A stretch of 64,000 nucleotides of DNA. Origin: Mobula hypostoma. Taxonomy: Eukaryota. Location of the stretch: contig NC_086118.1 in the NCBI RefSeq assembly GCF_963921235.1, forward strand, positions 18,354,001-18,418,000, given 5' to 3'. Numbering within the stretch: the stretch's first letter is position 1; each line of letters begins with the position of its first letter. Position numbers and translations under genes: made by a program. Shown here in pieces: positions 35,811-47,535 of this stretch. Under the pieces are notes generated by a model that saw only the letters and a program-made list of their open reading frames with translations, was not told the DNA's origin and ran no database searches.

Positions 35811-38563
35811 AGTTTTGATTAAAAAATTAAATCCATGATTAAAACTGCATGATTATTGCCCGTAAACAAAGTCACTGACCAAAAAGCCAGTAAAAACTTT
35901 GCTTCCAGAAGTGAACAACCTGAAGAAAGTGTGGGATGTAGTAAAATAGGAAACTATCTAAAATTACTTCATGCTAGCATTATTTTCTTATTGAAACTTC
36001 TGACAACTACAATGGATATTCATCAAAGATAGTGCCAGTGCTACAACTCTCCCCAATATTAAGATTAGGAAAAGAAAAATCTCTGGCTGTCTTAGCGAAG
36101 TTGAACTTTGCATTGCACCAACAATAATAACACCCTTGCAGAAGTTTTACAAAATCCAGAAACATCATTCAGGCATCTGTAGAAGATGTGATGTAGATAG
36201 AAACTGAATCCTTAAATCAAGAATACTATGGGTTATTTAGATTTACTGCAAAACTTTTCAACAGACTATCAAAATCAACAGAAAATCATTTGATTTACTG
36301 GATCATATCTCTAGTCTTGTAGGGAACTTGAAACAGATTATTACCTGTGTTTACCCATGTCCTAAGTTTGGAAATACTTGGTCACAATCTTTGATTTAGT
36401 TTGAAAATTATGATGATAAATAAAAATGAATTTATTTGGATTTAGCAATTTTCATTTTTGTATTGGCATTGATGTACACTGATTTTGTAATCTTTAAAGA
36501 AAATATTTCAATCTATTAACAGTTAGCACATGTTAATTATATTAGCTGGTCTATCACCGTTTTGTATTACTAAGTTCAACAATTTGTTAATATTCCCAGA
36601 GCTTTTGTGGGCCCAGAGGTATTGATTTAAATAGATAGACCTATATGTTATAGACTCACCTAATGTTGGTGCAAATGGCATCACTGGGCAAATATACTTC
36701 AATTTCAGTACAGCTACATGAACACTGGGGGATGGAGTTCAACATGTAATCTGATCCCAGAGAAAGAGAGCTCTCCCATGCACCTAATCACACCACCCAA
36801 AGTTGTAAAGCAACTAAGGTGCTGAATACAGTTGCTATTGAGAATATTAGTTGGGAATTACCATTCCTTTAGTGTATGGGAGTCATTATATGCCAATGAC
36901 AGCTATGAAACAAGATCAATGTAACTTTGCATTTGTACACAAACTATAATTTTGGTCATCTTTGTTGAACTATCCACTACTGAACATTATTTGAACAAAT
37001 AAAAGCAGATTCTACAACACCTATAAATGTTAAATGATTATACACTCATTTAATCTTTACAATCCAAAGTTAACACAGAATAATAGTTTATGACCTGAAA
37101 ACAAACATATATGATGATTTTCATTGTTGTTTATCTCCATTTTAATTTACTTTCTGCAATGAACTTTACTTATTAGAAAAGTGATTTTTTAAAATCTCAT
37201 TCAAAGCAGGGAAACTGTGTATTAATATATGCCAGTGAAAGATGTAATAATTGGACAAAAGTACATGATATAAATACATTTTGGTTAAAGATTGGAGCTT
37301 TAACTTAAACATCTCAAAATCCTTCACAAAATTATTTCTTAAAATGTGCTGAGTCATTTCACAATTTTGCAGAAGATGAACTGAAGATGTTTTGAAATAT
37401 CAGAGATAAGATGGTATATCACGGAACACACAATGCATGATATAATACAATTATTTACTTGTGTTGTCATCCACAATATAAGATTTTCTAAATATTTCTC
37501 TTTCTGCAGCCATTATCTCATCTGCCCAACTCTCTTCTTTCTAAAGTCTTTCTGTTTATCTTCCATTCTCTATACCTGAAAGATATTTTCAATTAACTTC
37601 ACCCTTTGTACAGTTCTTGACTTTCTGCGCTTTCCATTTCTTTTCCTATTTCTCCCTCTATATGTTGGCTCCCAGGCAGACAGCTCCCTTTGCAATAATA
37701 ATTGGTGCATTGTAACAGGCTCAGATTTAGGTACATTCAAATTAGAATGAAAACCAAGGGCAATGAGTAGCAATTCATTGAGATTGCATGTTCAACTAGT
37801 CTTGGTAAAGATAACACGATTTGGAGCAGAAATTTGCTAAATTCTTTTCAGTTGTGATCTGTGGTAGTGTTGTAGTAGGAATGCCTAGAGTGTCTTGCTG
37901 TTGGAAGTACAATCTAAATCTTGAGGGAAGAGCCCTTTCTGGTTTGACTTCTTTTTAACATCTGTAGGAACTTCCAGTGTCTTTAGCGAAGGTTTATCAC
38001 AAAGACAAATGGCGAAGGAAATTCCCATGAGAACTGTTAACAAGTAGTTGAGTAATGATTGGAAATTTGACTAAGACCATGATGCATGGATATTTTTTTT
38101 CAAACTTAATTTGTGAATCTTATAATTTCCTTATACCATTCTTTGCTGGAGATCAACTCATTACTATGTTGACAGAAAGAATTTGAAAAGTGATGGTAAT
38201 GGATGCAGAAAACATAAAGATCCTAGTCAGAGTTGTATCTAAGTGTGATCATGGGTAAGAAGTAGAGGTCAGGAATGCCCATATTTCACAGAAGTAACAT
38301 GGAAGTCATTTATTTTCCTCGCTTGAAAGCGGTTGACTACTAAAGAATCAATACTCATAAAGCTAATCATAATACTAATGGTTAGGATTGTGCAGAAAGA
38401 TTTCATTTTCTCTAAGAGTTTTAACAAATACATTTAGATAGCTATATTTTTTTCTTATTATTAGATCTATGTCCATTCTTGGCTCAGGTACTGCATTCCA
38501 AATGCTGATCATGTTTTGCTCATTTCAACTTCAGTTCTATAACCAATAATTTTAAATCAATGT

Positions 38564-38827
38564 TACTTCCATGATACTTCTGTGAAATATGGGCATTCCT
38601 GACCTCTACTTCTTACCCATGACCACACTTAGATACAACCCTGACAAGGATCTTTATGTTCTCTGCATCCGTTACCGCCACTTTTCGAAGGGTTCTGACG
38701 AAGGGTCTTGGCCTGAAACATCGACTGTACCTCTTCCTATAGATGCTGCCTGGCCTGCTGCGTTCACCAGCAATTTTTATGTGTGTTGTTTGAAATTTCA
38801 GCATCTGCAGATTTCCTCGTGTTTGCG
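38564..38827 (+). mobile_element. Chimeric Penelope insertion: inverted copy of local DNA (38565-38689) + pLTR 3' end with hammerhead (38691-38726)
   Basis: 15-bp TSD ATTTTAAATCAATGT / ATCTTAAATCAATGT (38549-38563, 38828-38842); 38565-38689 is the reverse complement of 38182-38306. Confidence 0.85.
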
Positions 38828-39598
38828 ATCTTAAATCAATGTGTTTTGGTTATCAACCCTACAGTCAATGGAGGGAAAAAATCAATTTATTCTACATAAA
38901 CACTTCATGATTTCAAACAGCACAGTCAAATATCCTCTCAGTCCTTTGTAGATCCAAGTCAGTTCAGAATAAGAATCAGAATCAGAATCAGTTTTAATAT
39001 CAATGGCATATGTTGCTTTTCAACAGTAGTACACTGCAATTCATAATAATAAAGACTATAAATTGCAATAAAAGTATATATAGAAAAAGAGAATTAAATT
39101 GCATATGTAGCGCAATAAGAGAGGAAACCAAAATACTGAGGTTAGGTTTCTGGGTTCACAGTGCATTTAAAGATCTGATGGTGGAGGGGAAGATGCTGCT
39201 CCTGAATTATTGAGTGTATGCCTTCAGCCTCCTGTACCTCCTCCTTGATGGTAGCAATGAGAAGAGGACATGTCCTGGGCGACGGGGGTCCTTAATGATG
39301 GATGCGTCGTCTCTGAGGCATCGCCTTTTGAAGGTGTCCTGAATGCTGGGGAGGCGAGTGCCCATGATGAAGCTGGCAGAGTTTACAACTTTCTGCATCT
39401 TCTTCCGATCCTGTGCAGTGGTCCCTCCACACCAGTCAGAATGCCATCCATCTATAGAAGTTGGTGACATACCAATTCTCAAACTCCTAATGAAATACAG
39501 CTGCTGTCATACCTTCTTTGTAATTGCATGAATATGTTGGGCCCAGGATAGATTCTCAGAGATGTTGACACCCAAGAACTTGATACTGCTCTCCCTTT

Positions 39599-41460
39599 CA
39601 TAGAAACATAGAAACATAGAAAATAGGTGCAGGAGTAGGCCATTCGGCCCTTCGAGCCTGCACCGCCATTTATTATGATCATGGCTGATCATCCAACTCA
39701 GAACCCAGCCTTCCCTCCATACCCCCTGACCCCTGTAGCCACAAGGGCCATATCTAACTTCCTTTTAAACATAGCTAATGAACTGGCCTCAACAGTTTGC
39801 TGTGGCAGAGAATTCCACAGATTCACCACTCTCTGTGTGAAGAAGTTTTTCCTAACCTCGGTCCTAAAAGGCTTCCCCTCTATCCTCAAACTGTGACCCC
39901 TCGTTCTAGACCTCCCCAACATCGGGAACAATCTTCCCGCATCTAGCCTGTCCAATCCCTTTAGGATCTTATACGTTTCAATCAGATCCCCCCTCAATCT
40001 TCTAAATTCCAACGAGTACAAGCCCAGTTCATCCAGTCTTTCTTCATATGAAAGACCTGCCATCCCAGGAATCAATCTGGTGAACCTTCTTTGTACTCCC
40101 TCTATGGCAAAGATGTCTTTCCTCAGATTAGGGGACCAAAACTGCACACAATACTCCAGGTGTGGTCTCACCAAGGCCTTGTACAACTGCAGTAGTACCT
40201 CCCTGCTCCTGTACTCGAATCCTCTCGCTATAAATGCCAGCATACCGTTCGCCTTTTTCACCGCCTGCTGTACCTGCATGCCCACTTTCAATGACTGGTG
40301 TATAATGACACCCAGGTCTCGTTGCACCTCCCCTTTTCCTAATCGGCCACCATTCAGATAATAATCTGTTTTCCTATTTTTGCCACCAAAGTGGATAACT
40401 TCACATTTATCCACATTAAATTGCATCTGCCATGAGTTTGCCCACTCACCCAACCTATCCAAGTCACCCTGCATCCTCTTAGCATCCTCCTCACTGCTAA
40501 CACTGCCACCCAGCTTTGTGTCATCCGCAAACTTGGAGATGCTGCATTTAATTCCCTCATCCAAGTCATTAATATATATTGTAAACAACTGGGGTCCCAG
40601 CACTGAGCCTTGCGGTACCCCACTAGTCACCGCCTGCCATTCTGAAAAGGTCCCGTTTATTCCCACTCTTTGCTTCCTGTCTGCTAACCAATTCTCCACC
40701 CACACCAATACCTTACCCCCAATACTGTGTGCTTTAAGTTTGCACACTAATCTCCTGTGTGGGACCTTGTCAAAAGCCTTTTGAAAATCCAAATATACCA
40801 CATCCACTGGTTCTCCCCTATCCACTCTACTAGTTACATCCTCAAAAAATTCTATGAGATTCGTCAGACATGATTTTCCTTTCACAAATCCATGCTGACT
40901 TTGTCCGATCATTTCACCGCTTTCCAAATGTGCTGTTATCACATCCTTGATAACTGACTCCAGCAGTTTCCCCACCACCGACGTTAGGCTAACCGGCCTA
41001 TAATTCCCCGGTTTCTCTCTCCCTCCTTTTTTAAAGAGTGGGGTTACATTAGCCACCCTCCAATCCTCAGGAACTAGTCCAGAATCTAACGAGTTTTGAA
41101 AAATTATCACTAATGCATCCACTATTTCTTGGGCCACTTCCTTAAGCACTCTGGGATGCAGACCATCTGGCCCTGGGGATTTATCTGCCTTCAATCCCTT
41201 CAATTTACCTAACACCACTTCCCTACTAACATGTATTTCGCTCAGTTCCTCCATCTCACTGGACCCTCTGTCCCCTACTATTTCTGGAAGATTATTTATG
41301 TCCTCCTTAGTGAAGACAGAACCAAAGTAATTATTCAATTGGTCTGCCATGTCCTTGCTCCCCATAATCAATTCACCTGTTTCTGTCTGCAGGGGACCTA
41401 CATTTGTCTTTACCAGTCTTTTCCTTTTTACACATCTATAAAAGCTTTTACAGTCCGTTT
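39599..41460 (-). mobile_element. Young 5'-truncated CR1 LINE
   Basis: Perfect (TTCTATGT)n tail, intact 3' hairpin, uninterrupted ORF2 frame. Confidence 0.96.
39698..41371 (-). CDS. CR1 ORF2 reverse transcriptase domain (557 aa open; lacks endonuclease, so probably not expressed)
   Basis: KSPGPDG, NYRPVSLTS, QHGF, LDFQKAFDKV, GVPQGSVLGP, FADD, DLGV; frame stays open upstream to the truncation at about 41460. Confidence 0.85.
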   Translation of the reverse strand: MIMGSKDMADQLNNYFGSVFTKEDINNLPEIVGDRGSSEMEELSEIHVSREVVLGKLKGLKADKSPGPDGLHPRVLKEVAQEIVDALVIIFQNSLDSGLVPEDWRVANVTPLFKKGGREKPGNYRPVSLTSVVGKLLESVIKDVITAHLESGEMIGQSQHGFVKGKSCLTNLIEFFEDVTSRVDRGEPVDVVYLDFQKAFDKVPHRRLVCKLKAHSIGGKVLVWVENWLADRKQRVGINGTFSEWQAVTSGVPQGSVLGPQLFTIYINDLDEGIKCSISKFADDTKLGGSVSSEEDAKRMQGDLDRLGEWANSWQMQFNVDKCEVIHFGGKNRKTDYYLNGGRLGKGEVQRDLGVIIHQSLKVGMQVQQAVKKANGMLAFIARGFEYRSREVLLQLYKALVRPHLEYCVQFWSPNLRKDIFAIEGVQRRFTRLIPGMAGLSYEERLDELGLYSLEFRRLRGDLIETYKILKGLDRLDAGRLFPMLGRSRTRGHSLRIEGKPFRTEVRKNFFTQRVVNLWNSLPQQTVEASSLAMFKRKLDMALVATGVRGYGGKAGF

Positions 41461-41714
41461 TTCCACTTCTGATCGCTCGAAGAGGACTGATGAATATTCC
41501 CTTGACTTCTCGAAGTCCACAGTCAATTCCTTGGTCTTATTGATGTTGAGTGTGATGTTTTCAGTGTATCCAAAAGCGTAAATCTTTCATCCTTCTGAAA
41601 TCCCTAATATTTTCCTGTTCTTAATGTCTGGTCCCCTGCAGTGGATACAAAATTCCAGTTGTACAGTGTCAGTTTGCGTTGGTGCAACTATTAGATTTGT
41701 GCAACTTGTACACA

Positions 41715-42115
41715 CAGTCTCAGAGAAATGCAGCCCAGAAACAGATCATATGGCCCAACTTGTCAATGCCAACCAAGATGCCCATCTAAGCTAGTCCCAT
41801 TTGCCCTTGATTAGAGTGTATTCATTTATACCCAGGGGTCCCAACCTAGAGTCCTCAGACTCCTTGCTAAATGGTATTGGTCTATGGCATAAAAAAGGTT
41901 GGGAACCCTTGCTTTAAACATTTCCTCTCTATGTACCTGTCCAAGTGCCTTATAAATGTTGCTATTGTACCCGTCTCAACCACTTCCTCTGGCAACCCAT
42001 TTCATAAATGCCCTCGCCCTGTGTGAAGAAATTGCCCTTTAGGTCCATTTTAAGTGTTTTCCATCATCTTAAACCTGTGCCCAGTAGTTGTTGATTCCCT
42101 TTCTCTAGGAAAAAA
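41715..42115 (-). mobile_element. Decayed CR1 3' fragment
   Basis: agctagtcccatttgcc..atgtacctgtccaagtgcct..gtgtgaagaaattgcccttt. Confidence 0.75.
41833..41911. mobile_element. About 80-bp hAT MITE
   Basis: CAGGGGTCCCAACC ... aaaaaaGGTTGGGAACCCTTG; imperfect 8-bp flanks atttatac / ctttaaac. Confidence 0.7.
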
Positions 42116-43203
42116 GATGTGTATTAACCCCATCTGTGACCTTTTATTCAACTCTGTTGGACATAGAGTGTGTGCATGCTGCTGTATCTACTGTGGTACC
42201 TCTTTAGCTGGTGGCATACATTCTGGCCAACTCACACCTCTCAGCGCACATGCCATAGACCCAGTAACAATAGAACTATTGCAAACCACTTCAGTGTAGC
42301 ACATGGTACAATTTTCCATTCTGCTGGATAAAGATGACTTGAAACACGCATTTGCCACACAGCTCTAGTCCCAAAGAGTTGGAAGGCGAGGATTCTCCAA
42401 CTTCTAGAATTCTGTGCGATACTGACCACAAAGCCTGAAGATGTAGAAATCATAGCTTTAGAAGCTAGGCAGGAACTGGCAGGAGCTTGCTCCTTTGCAG
42501 TACATGTTCTGAATATACTAGGTATTCTTGCCAGCATCCCATACACTCGCCATTTCATCTTCCTTTTATTATTACAGAGCCTCAGGAGACATCAGTCACC
42601 CAGCACCACCTGCTATTCACAGCAGAACCCTTCACCATCCTTTCTTCACTGGCTCGAGCACAGGACCACCCTTACACAGGAGAAAAAGAAGAATACTCAG
42701 TTTAGTTTAATAACACTGGCAAACACCAGATCAGGCACAGATGCAAGAGAGTTAAGCAGATTAGATCAGTGGTGCACATTTCACATGGAGAGATCCCTGC
42801 CACTAAATGGTTAGGTCAGAGGGATAGGGAGGTTATGTGCCAGATACATGGAGAGAGAGGTTAACTATCAGTTCTACCCTGGAGGAATGCAATTAGAAAC
42901 TACAGTGAGAAATGCATGGGGACGATTCTGCAGATACTTTTGGAAATACTTGGGACTTTGCCAGCGTGCTTAGCTGTAGGCAAAGAAGCAAGACAGTTGG
43001 AGCTCCAACACATTGCTGGAGCCTGGAGCGAATCCTTTGCAGTCTCAGTGCCATCTGATGCTGAAAGCTTTGGCTCCCGTTGAGCCACGGCTGAAGACAA
43101 TCCAAAACAATCTGTGCCTCATTAGGCTATTCCTATCACTGTGCTTCTTTAACAAATGTTGGTGGTTTGGAGGGTCTTGCCTTTGCTCCATTTAGTACTG
43201 CCT

Positions 43204-43399
43204 AATTATTTTGTGCTTTGTATTTGTAATTAATTTGGATCACTTTGCAGAGATCTGTTTTCACTTTGACATGAAAGAGATTTTTTCCGTTGATCAAAGA
43301 AGCCAAATTAAATCCATTGCGATTTAATGTTGTAAAACAATAAAATATGACAACCTCCGGGGGTGGGGGGAGCGCGGTGAATACTTTTTATATGCACTG
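43204..43399 (+). mobile_element. Solitary right inverted repeat of the Tc1 family at 9144-11382
   Basis: Aligns to 11185-11382; ends ..GCACTG|TA. Confidence 0.88.
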
Positions 43400-43401
43400 T
43401 A

Positions 43402-44150
43402 TGTATATCAAATAGTTAAATAAGTAGTGCAAAAACATAAGTTAAAAATGTAGTGAGGTAGTGTTCATGGTTTCAGTGTCCATTCAGAAATCAGATGGCA
43501 GACAGAAAGAAGCTGTTCTTGTGTCGCTAAGTATGTGCCTTCAGGTTTCTGTACCTCCTTCCTGATAGTAACAGTGAGAAGAGGGCATGTCCTGGGTGGT
43601 GGGGGTCCTTAATGATGGACACTGCCTTTTTGAGGCATTGTTCCTTGAAGATGTCTTGGATACTATGGAGGCCAGTACCCATGATAGTGCTGACTAATTT
43701 TACCACTCTCCAGTTTACTTTCAATCTGTGCAGTAGACCCTCCCCCCACCCCATACCAGATGGTGTTGCAACCAGTCAGAACGCTCTCCACAGTACATCT
43801 GTAAAGTTTTTGAATGTTTTAGGTAACATTCTAATCCCCTCAAACCCCTAATGAAATATAGCCACCGTCTTGCCATCTTTATAGCTTCATCGATATGTTG
43901 GGACCAGGTTAGGTCCTCAGAGATATTGACACCCAGGAACTTCAAATTGCTCACTCTCTCCACTTCTGTTCCCACTATAAGGATTGGCTTGCGTCCCCCC
44001 GTCTTACCCTTTATGAAGTTCACAATCAGCTCTTTGGTGTTACTGATGGAGTGCGAGGTTGTTGCTGCAGCACACCTCAGCTAGCTGGTAGATCTTGCTC
44101 CTGTACGCCCTCTTGTCACCATCTGAGATTCAGCCAACAATGGTGGCATT
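43402..44150 (-). mobile_element. Rex1/Babar LINE 3' portion
   Basis: VERVSNLKFLGVNISEDLTWSQH; SIIKDPHHPGHALFSLLLSGRRYR. Confidence 0.85.
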
Positions 44151-44219
44151 GTAGGTTTTCGCAAATAAAGTGAAGTGAGGTGTTTTATGTTTAATGAAAC
44201 CTGTAACACATCTTATTGA

Positions 44220-46570
44220 GCTCTAAAACCTACACAGGCTACAGTCCAATCATGCACGTCCTTTCTCAGAACATGCCAAACAAACTTCAGTACAATGAGT
44301 TTCTGTGAGGCCTTCCAGCCCGAATGCGAGAGGACATGTATGGAGTCCGTCTCCAGTTTGCAGGCATGATGGGGCGAGGGCGACTGGTTGAGACATCGCA
44401 CAGGAGAGAAACCCCGGCTTCTCTGAACTGAACGTCAGCCAACGGCAGGCCTGTGACTGCTGATCGATAAGCCTGGACCTCTGGGTCAGCAAGATGACCG
44501 GCCGCCATGCCGGCATATTCAATCCCTATGTGCACCACCTCAATGACTGGCCTTGAGAGGCAATCAGCTACCGGCATTACTTATGCTCTTGATATGTTGT
44601 ACGTCCGTTGTGAACTCGGATATGTAGGCCAAGTGGCGTTGCTGCCACACAGATGAATACTTTGGCCATTGTGCTCACGAGAGGCTTGTGGACAATGAAC
44701 ACTGAAATGGCGACCCTCTGAAAGAAAACAAAAATGACAGACAGCCAGATAGAGACTGAGAAGCTCGTGGTCAGATAGGCTGTACTTCCTTTTGGGGGGG
44801 AATAGAGCTGCTGGCAAGAGAAGGCAAGCAGCTGCCACACACCTCCGACCAACTTTTCGTGCACAGCACCCATAGCATAGTCAGAAATGCCAATAGTAAT
44901 GGCTATGGGCGCTTTGGGGAGCGGGTAAGCCAATAGGGTTGCATTAGAAAGAGCTCATTTGGTATCATCAAATGCCCTGGTCATATCCACTGAGCAGTCA
45001 GGCACTTGATTAGAGGTATTGCCTTTAAGCATACTCTACAGGGGGAGCATGAGTCCAGCAGCTCGCGGAATGAATCAGTGGTACCAACTTAAAAGCTCCT
45101 GTAGGTTTTTTGTCATGCGGGGCAGTGTGAAATCCATAGAAGTGGATTCTTCCAGGAGTGGGGGCAAAGATGACGGCGCGAGGATGATGATATCTGTTAT
45201 CTGTCAAGTAGGGGACCGTGCACAATTCTGATTTGATGGAGACAGACGTGAGAGCACGGAGGAACACCTGGAAAACTTCTGAAATGCCCACTTCGCTGCC
45301 GCTGCTACTGTATGGTAACCGGAATCTCCAGAGCTGAAGGTCCCGAAATCCTCGGCTTTGCGTGTTTCAGTGGCCGGGGAGAGGCTGAAGGTGCTCGGCA
45401 GAGGATGGCGCTTGGGAGGCTGTATCGGAGAGGCTGGTTGGAAGCTCGAAGTTTTTGGATGGATGGACTCAGTGTCGGCTGTGGTCGGCTGCTTCCAAGG
45501 CATCGGCAAGTTGGCAGTGCCTGGAGGTTTATGGTAGTGAGTTTCTCCCTTTTGCCGCCTGCTATCGGGGACTCGGGAGTTGATCGACTCGGGGCTTTGA
45601 GACATTTTTTTACTGTGCCCATGGTCTGTTCTTTATCATATTATGGTATTGCTTAGGACTGCTGTAACTATATATTATAATAATGTGGTTCTGTCCGTGT
45701 TAGTCTTTGGTCTGTCCTGTTTTCTGTGATATCACTCCGGAGAAATATTGTATCATTTCTTAATACATGTATGCATTTCTAAATGACAATAAAAGAGGAC
45801 TGAGTGTTCTCATAATCTAATCTGATCTAATCTTTTGATGGGAGGTGTTTTGCACCTTCAGTGGAGATGTGAAGGTTGAGAAAGGTAATGATTTACAACC
45901 CAAACTGGCATGTAGCAAAGTTAATAATCAACCTGTGTCGGCTTAAGTGCTTGAAAACTGTGTGGAAATAAGGTCTGTGTGTGGATTTGGATGCACTGGT
46001 GACAAGTATGTCATCCAGGTAAACAAAAGGAAAACTGAGTCTTTTAAAACAGAGTCCATTAGCCCTTGAAAAGTCAGTGCTGCATTTTTCAGTCTAAACA
46101 GTATGTGCAGAAAGGCCAAATGGGATCATCACAGCTGTTTTGGGAGTGTCCTCTGAGCACACAGAAACCTGATGGTAGCCCCTAACTAGACTGACTTTGG
46201 AAAAAATTAAATTTCTGGCTAAACTGCCGAAAAATCTTGAATGTGTGGGACCGGATAATGATCAGGGGTGGTGGCCTCATTAAGGCGTTGGTATTCACCA
46301 GATAGGCAGCAACACCATCAAACTTAGGGACCATATGGAGGGGTGAAACCCAGGGGCTATTCCACTGGTATACAATTCCGACTCTTTCCAGGTTCGCAAA
46401 CTTAGCCTTTGCGGTTGCCAGTTTTTCTGCGTCCCGTCTACACATGCGGGAATGGACCGGCAGGCCAGTTGTGGGAATGTGATGCTTGATGTGATATTTT
46501 GCAATGTTAGTGGAGAATTTAGACTTGGCAAGCTTTGCGAATTCACCCAGCAGTTGAGTAAACTCACATG
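44220..46570 (-). mobile_element. Decayed Gypsy pol (RT, RNase H, integrase N-terminus)
   Basis: NSPWVSPLHMVPK.DG (RT); SDYAMGAV..WQLLAF and KYSLSDHELL (RNase H); VADCLSR; HVLSHSG..FVW..RKDVHDW..AC (integrase Zn domain). Confidence 0.85.
45153..45832 (+). mobile_element. Non-autonomous retroposon (GC-rich head, Rex-like 3' end, (AATCT)n tail) inserted in Gypsy
   Basis: Interrupts Gypsy RT; head aagatgacggcg; tail aatctaatctgatctaatc; second 3' copy at 17756-17978. Confidence 0.7.
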
Positions 46571-47109
46571 CAGAGATACATGCATCTTAAAGCGAAACCC
46601 CAACTCAATGTGGGTAGTTGTGAATTATGTACATTTCTCCCAATTACGTTACCCTACAGTATCACCTGAAAACTTATAGAAGAATTTCAAGCTGTGTCTA
46701 GCCGCATAGTCATGGATGTAGGGAGAGTAGAGCAGTGGGCTAATCACACATCCCTGATGTGCATGGGTGTTGATTGTTAGTGAGGTGGAGATGTTATTAC
46801 CAGTCCACACAGATTGTGGTCTTCCAGGTCGGAAGTCAAGGATCCAGTTGCAGAGGGAGGTAAAGAGGTCCAGATTCTGTAGCTTTTTGTTCAGGTCTAT
46901 AGGAATGATGGTGTTAAATGCTGAGCTACTGTATAGTCAATAAACAGCATCCTGACATAGGTATTTGTGTTGTCCAGGTGATCCAAGGCCGTGTGGAGAG
47001 CCAGTGAGATACATCTGCCATAGACTTATTATGATGAGTCAAGGTCCTTGCTGAGACAGGAGTTGGTTCTGGCCAAGACCAACTTCTCAAAGTGTTTCAT
47101 CACTGTAGA

Positions 47110-47535
47110 TGATGGACAAGGAGTATAGTGAGAGGGACAAAAAGGAGCGAGAGAGAGAACGAAAAAAAATAACGGCTGGGGTACGACCTTGTCCATCCTC
47201 TGGGCTTCCCCCTCCCCCTTTCTTTCTCCCTAGGCATCTCGTCCCGTGATCCTCTCCCTTCTCCAGCCTTGCATCCCTTTTGCCAATCAACTTTCCAGCT
47301 CTTGGTTGCATCCCTCCCCCTCCTGGCTTCTCCTATCATTTCGGATCTCCCCCTCCCCTTCCCACTTTCAAATCTCTTACTATCTCTTCTTTCATTTAGT
47401 CCTGAAGAAGGGTCTCGGCCCGAAACGTCGACTGTACTTCTTCCTATAGATGCTGCCTGGCCTGCTGCGTTCGCCAGCAATTTTTGTGTGTGTTGCCTGA
47501 AATTCCAGCATCTGCAGATTTCCTCGTGTTTGCGT
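47110..47535 (+). mobile_element. Penelope pLTR with short inverted 5' piece (47110-47186) and hammerhead
   Basis: Homologous to 30970-31273; 47110-47186 is homologous to 28359-28449, i.e. opposite orientation. Confidence 0.88.
47398..47433 (+). ncRNA. Minimal type I hammerhead ribozyme motif
   Basis: AGTC CTGAAGA A GGG TCTCGG CCC GAAA CG TC GACT. Confidence 0.87.

Larger units (their letters stand above)
38966..41560 (-). mobile_element. Rex1/Babar LINE 3' portion, interrupted by a young CR1
   Basis: (TTCTGA)n tail; SIIKDP..PGHVLFSLLPS.RRYR; KFLGVNISENLSW; resumes at 41461 ttccacttctgatc. Confidence 0.8.

Noticed and set aside
37140..37780. Short minus-strand ORFs and exon candidates in AT-rich unique DNA
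   Set aside because: All three frames after the acceptor-like site at about 37575 hit stops; no recognisable homology
39698..41371. 557-aa ORF as a host, retron or group II intron RT gene
   Set aside because: Typical CR1 ORF2 with CR1 tail; 5'-truncated and nested in a Rex element
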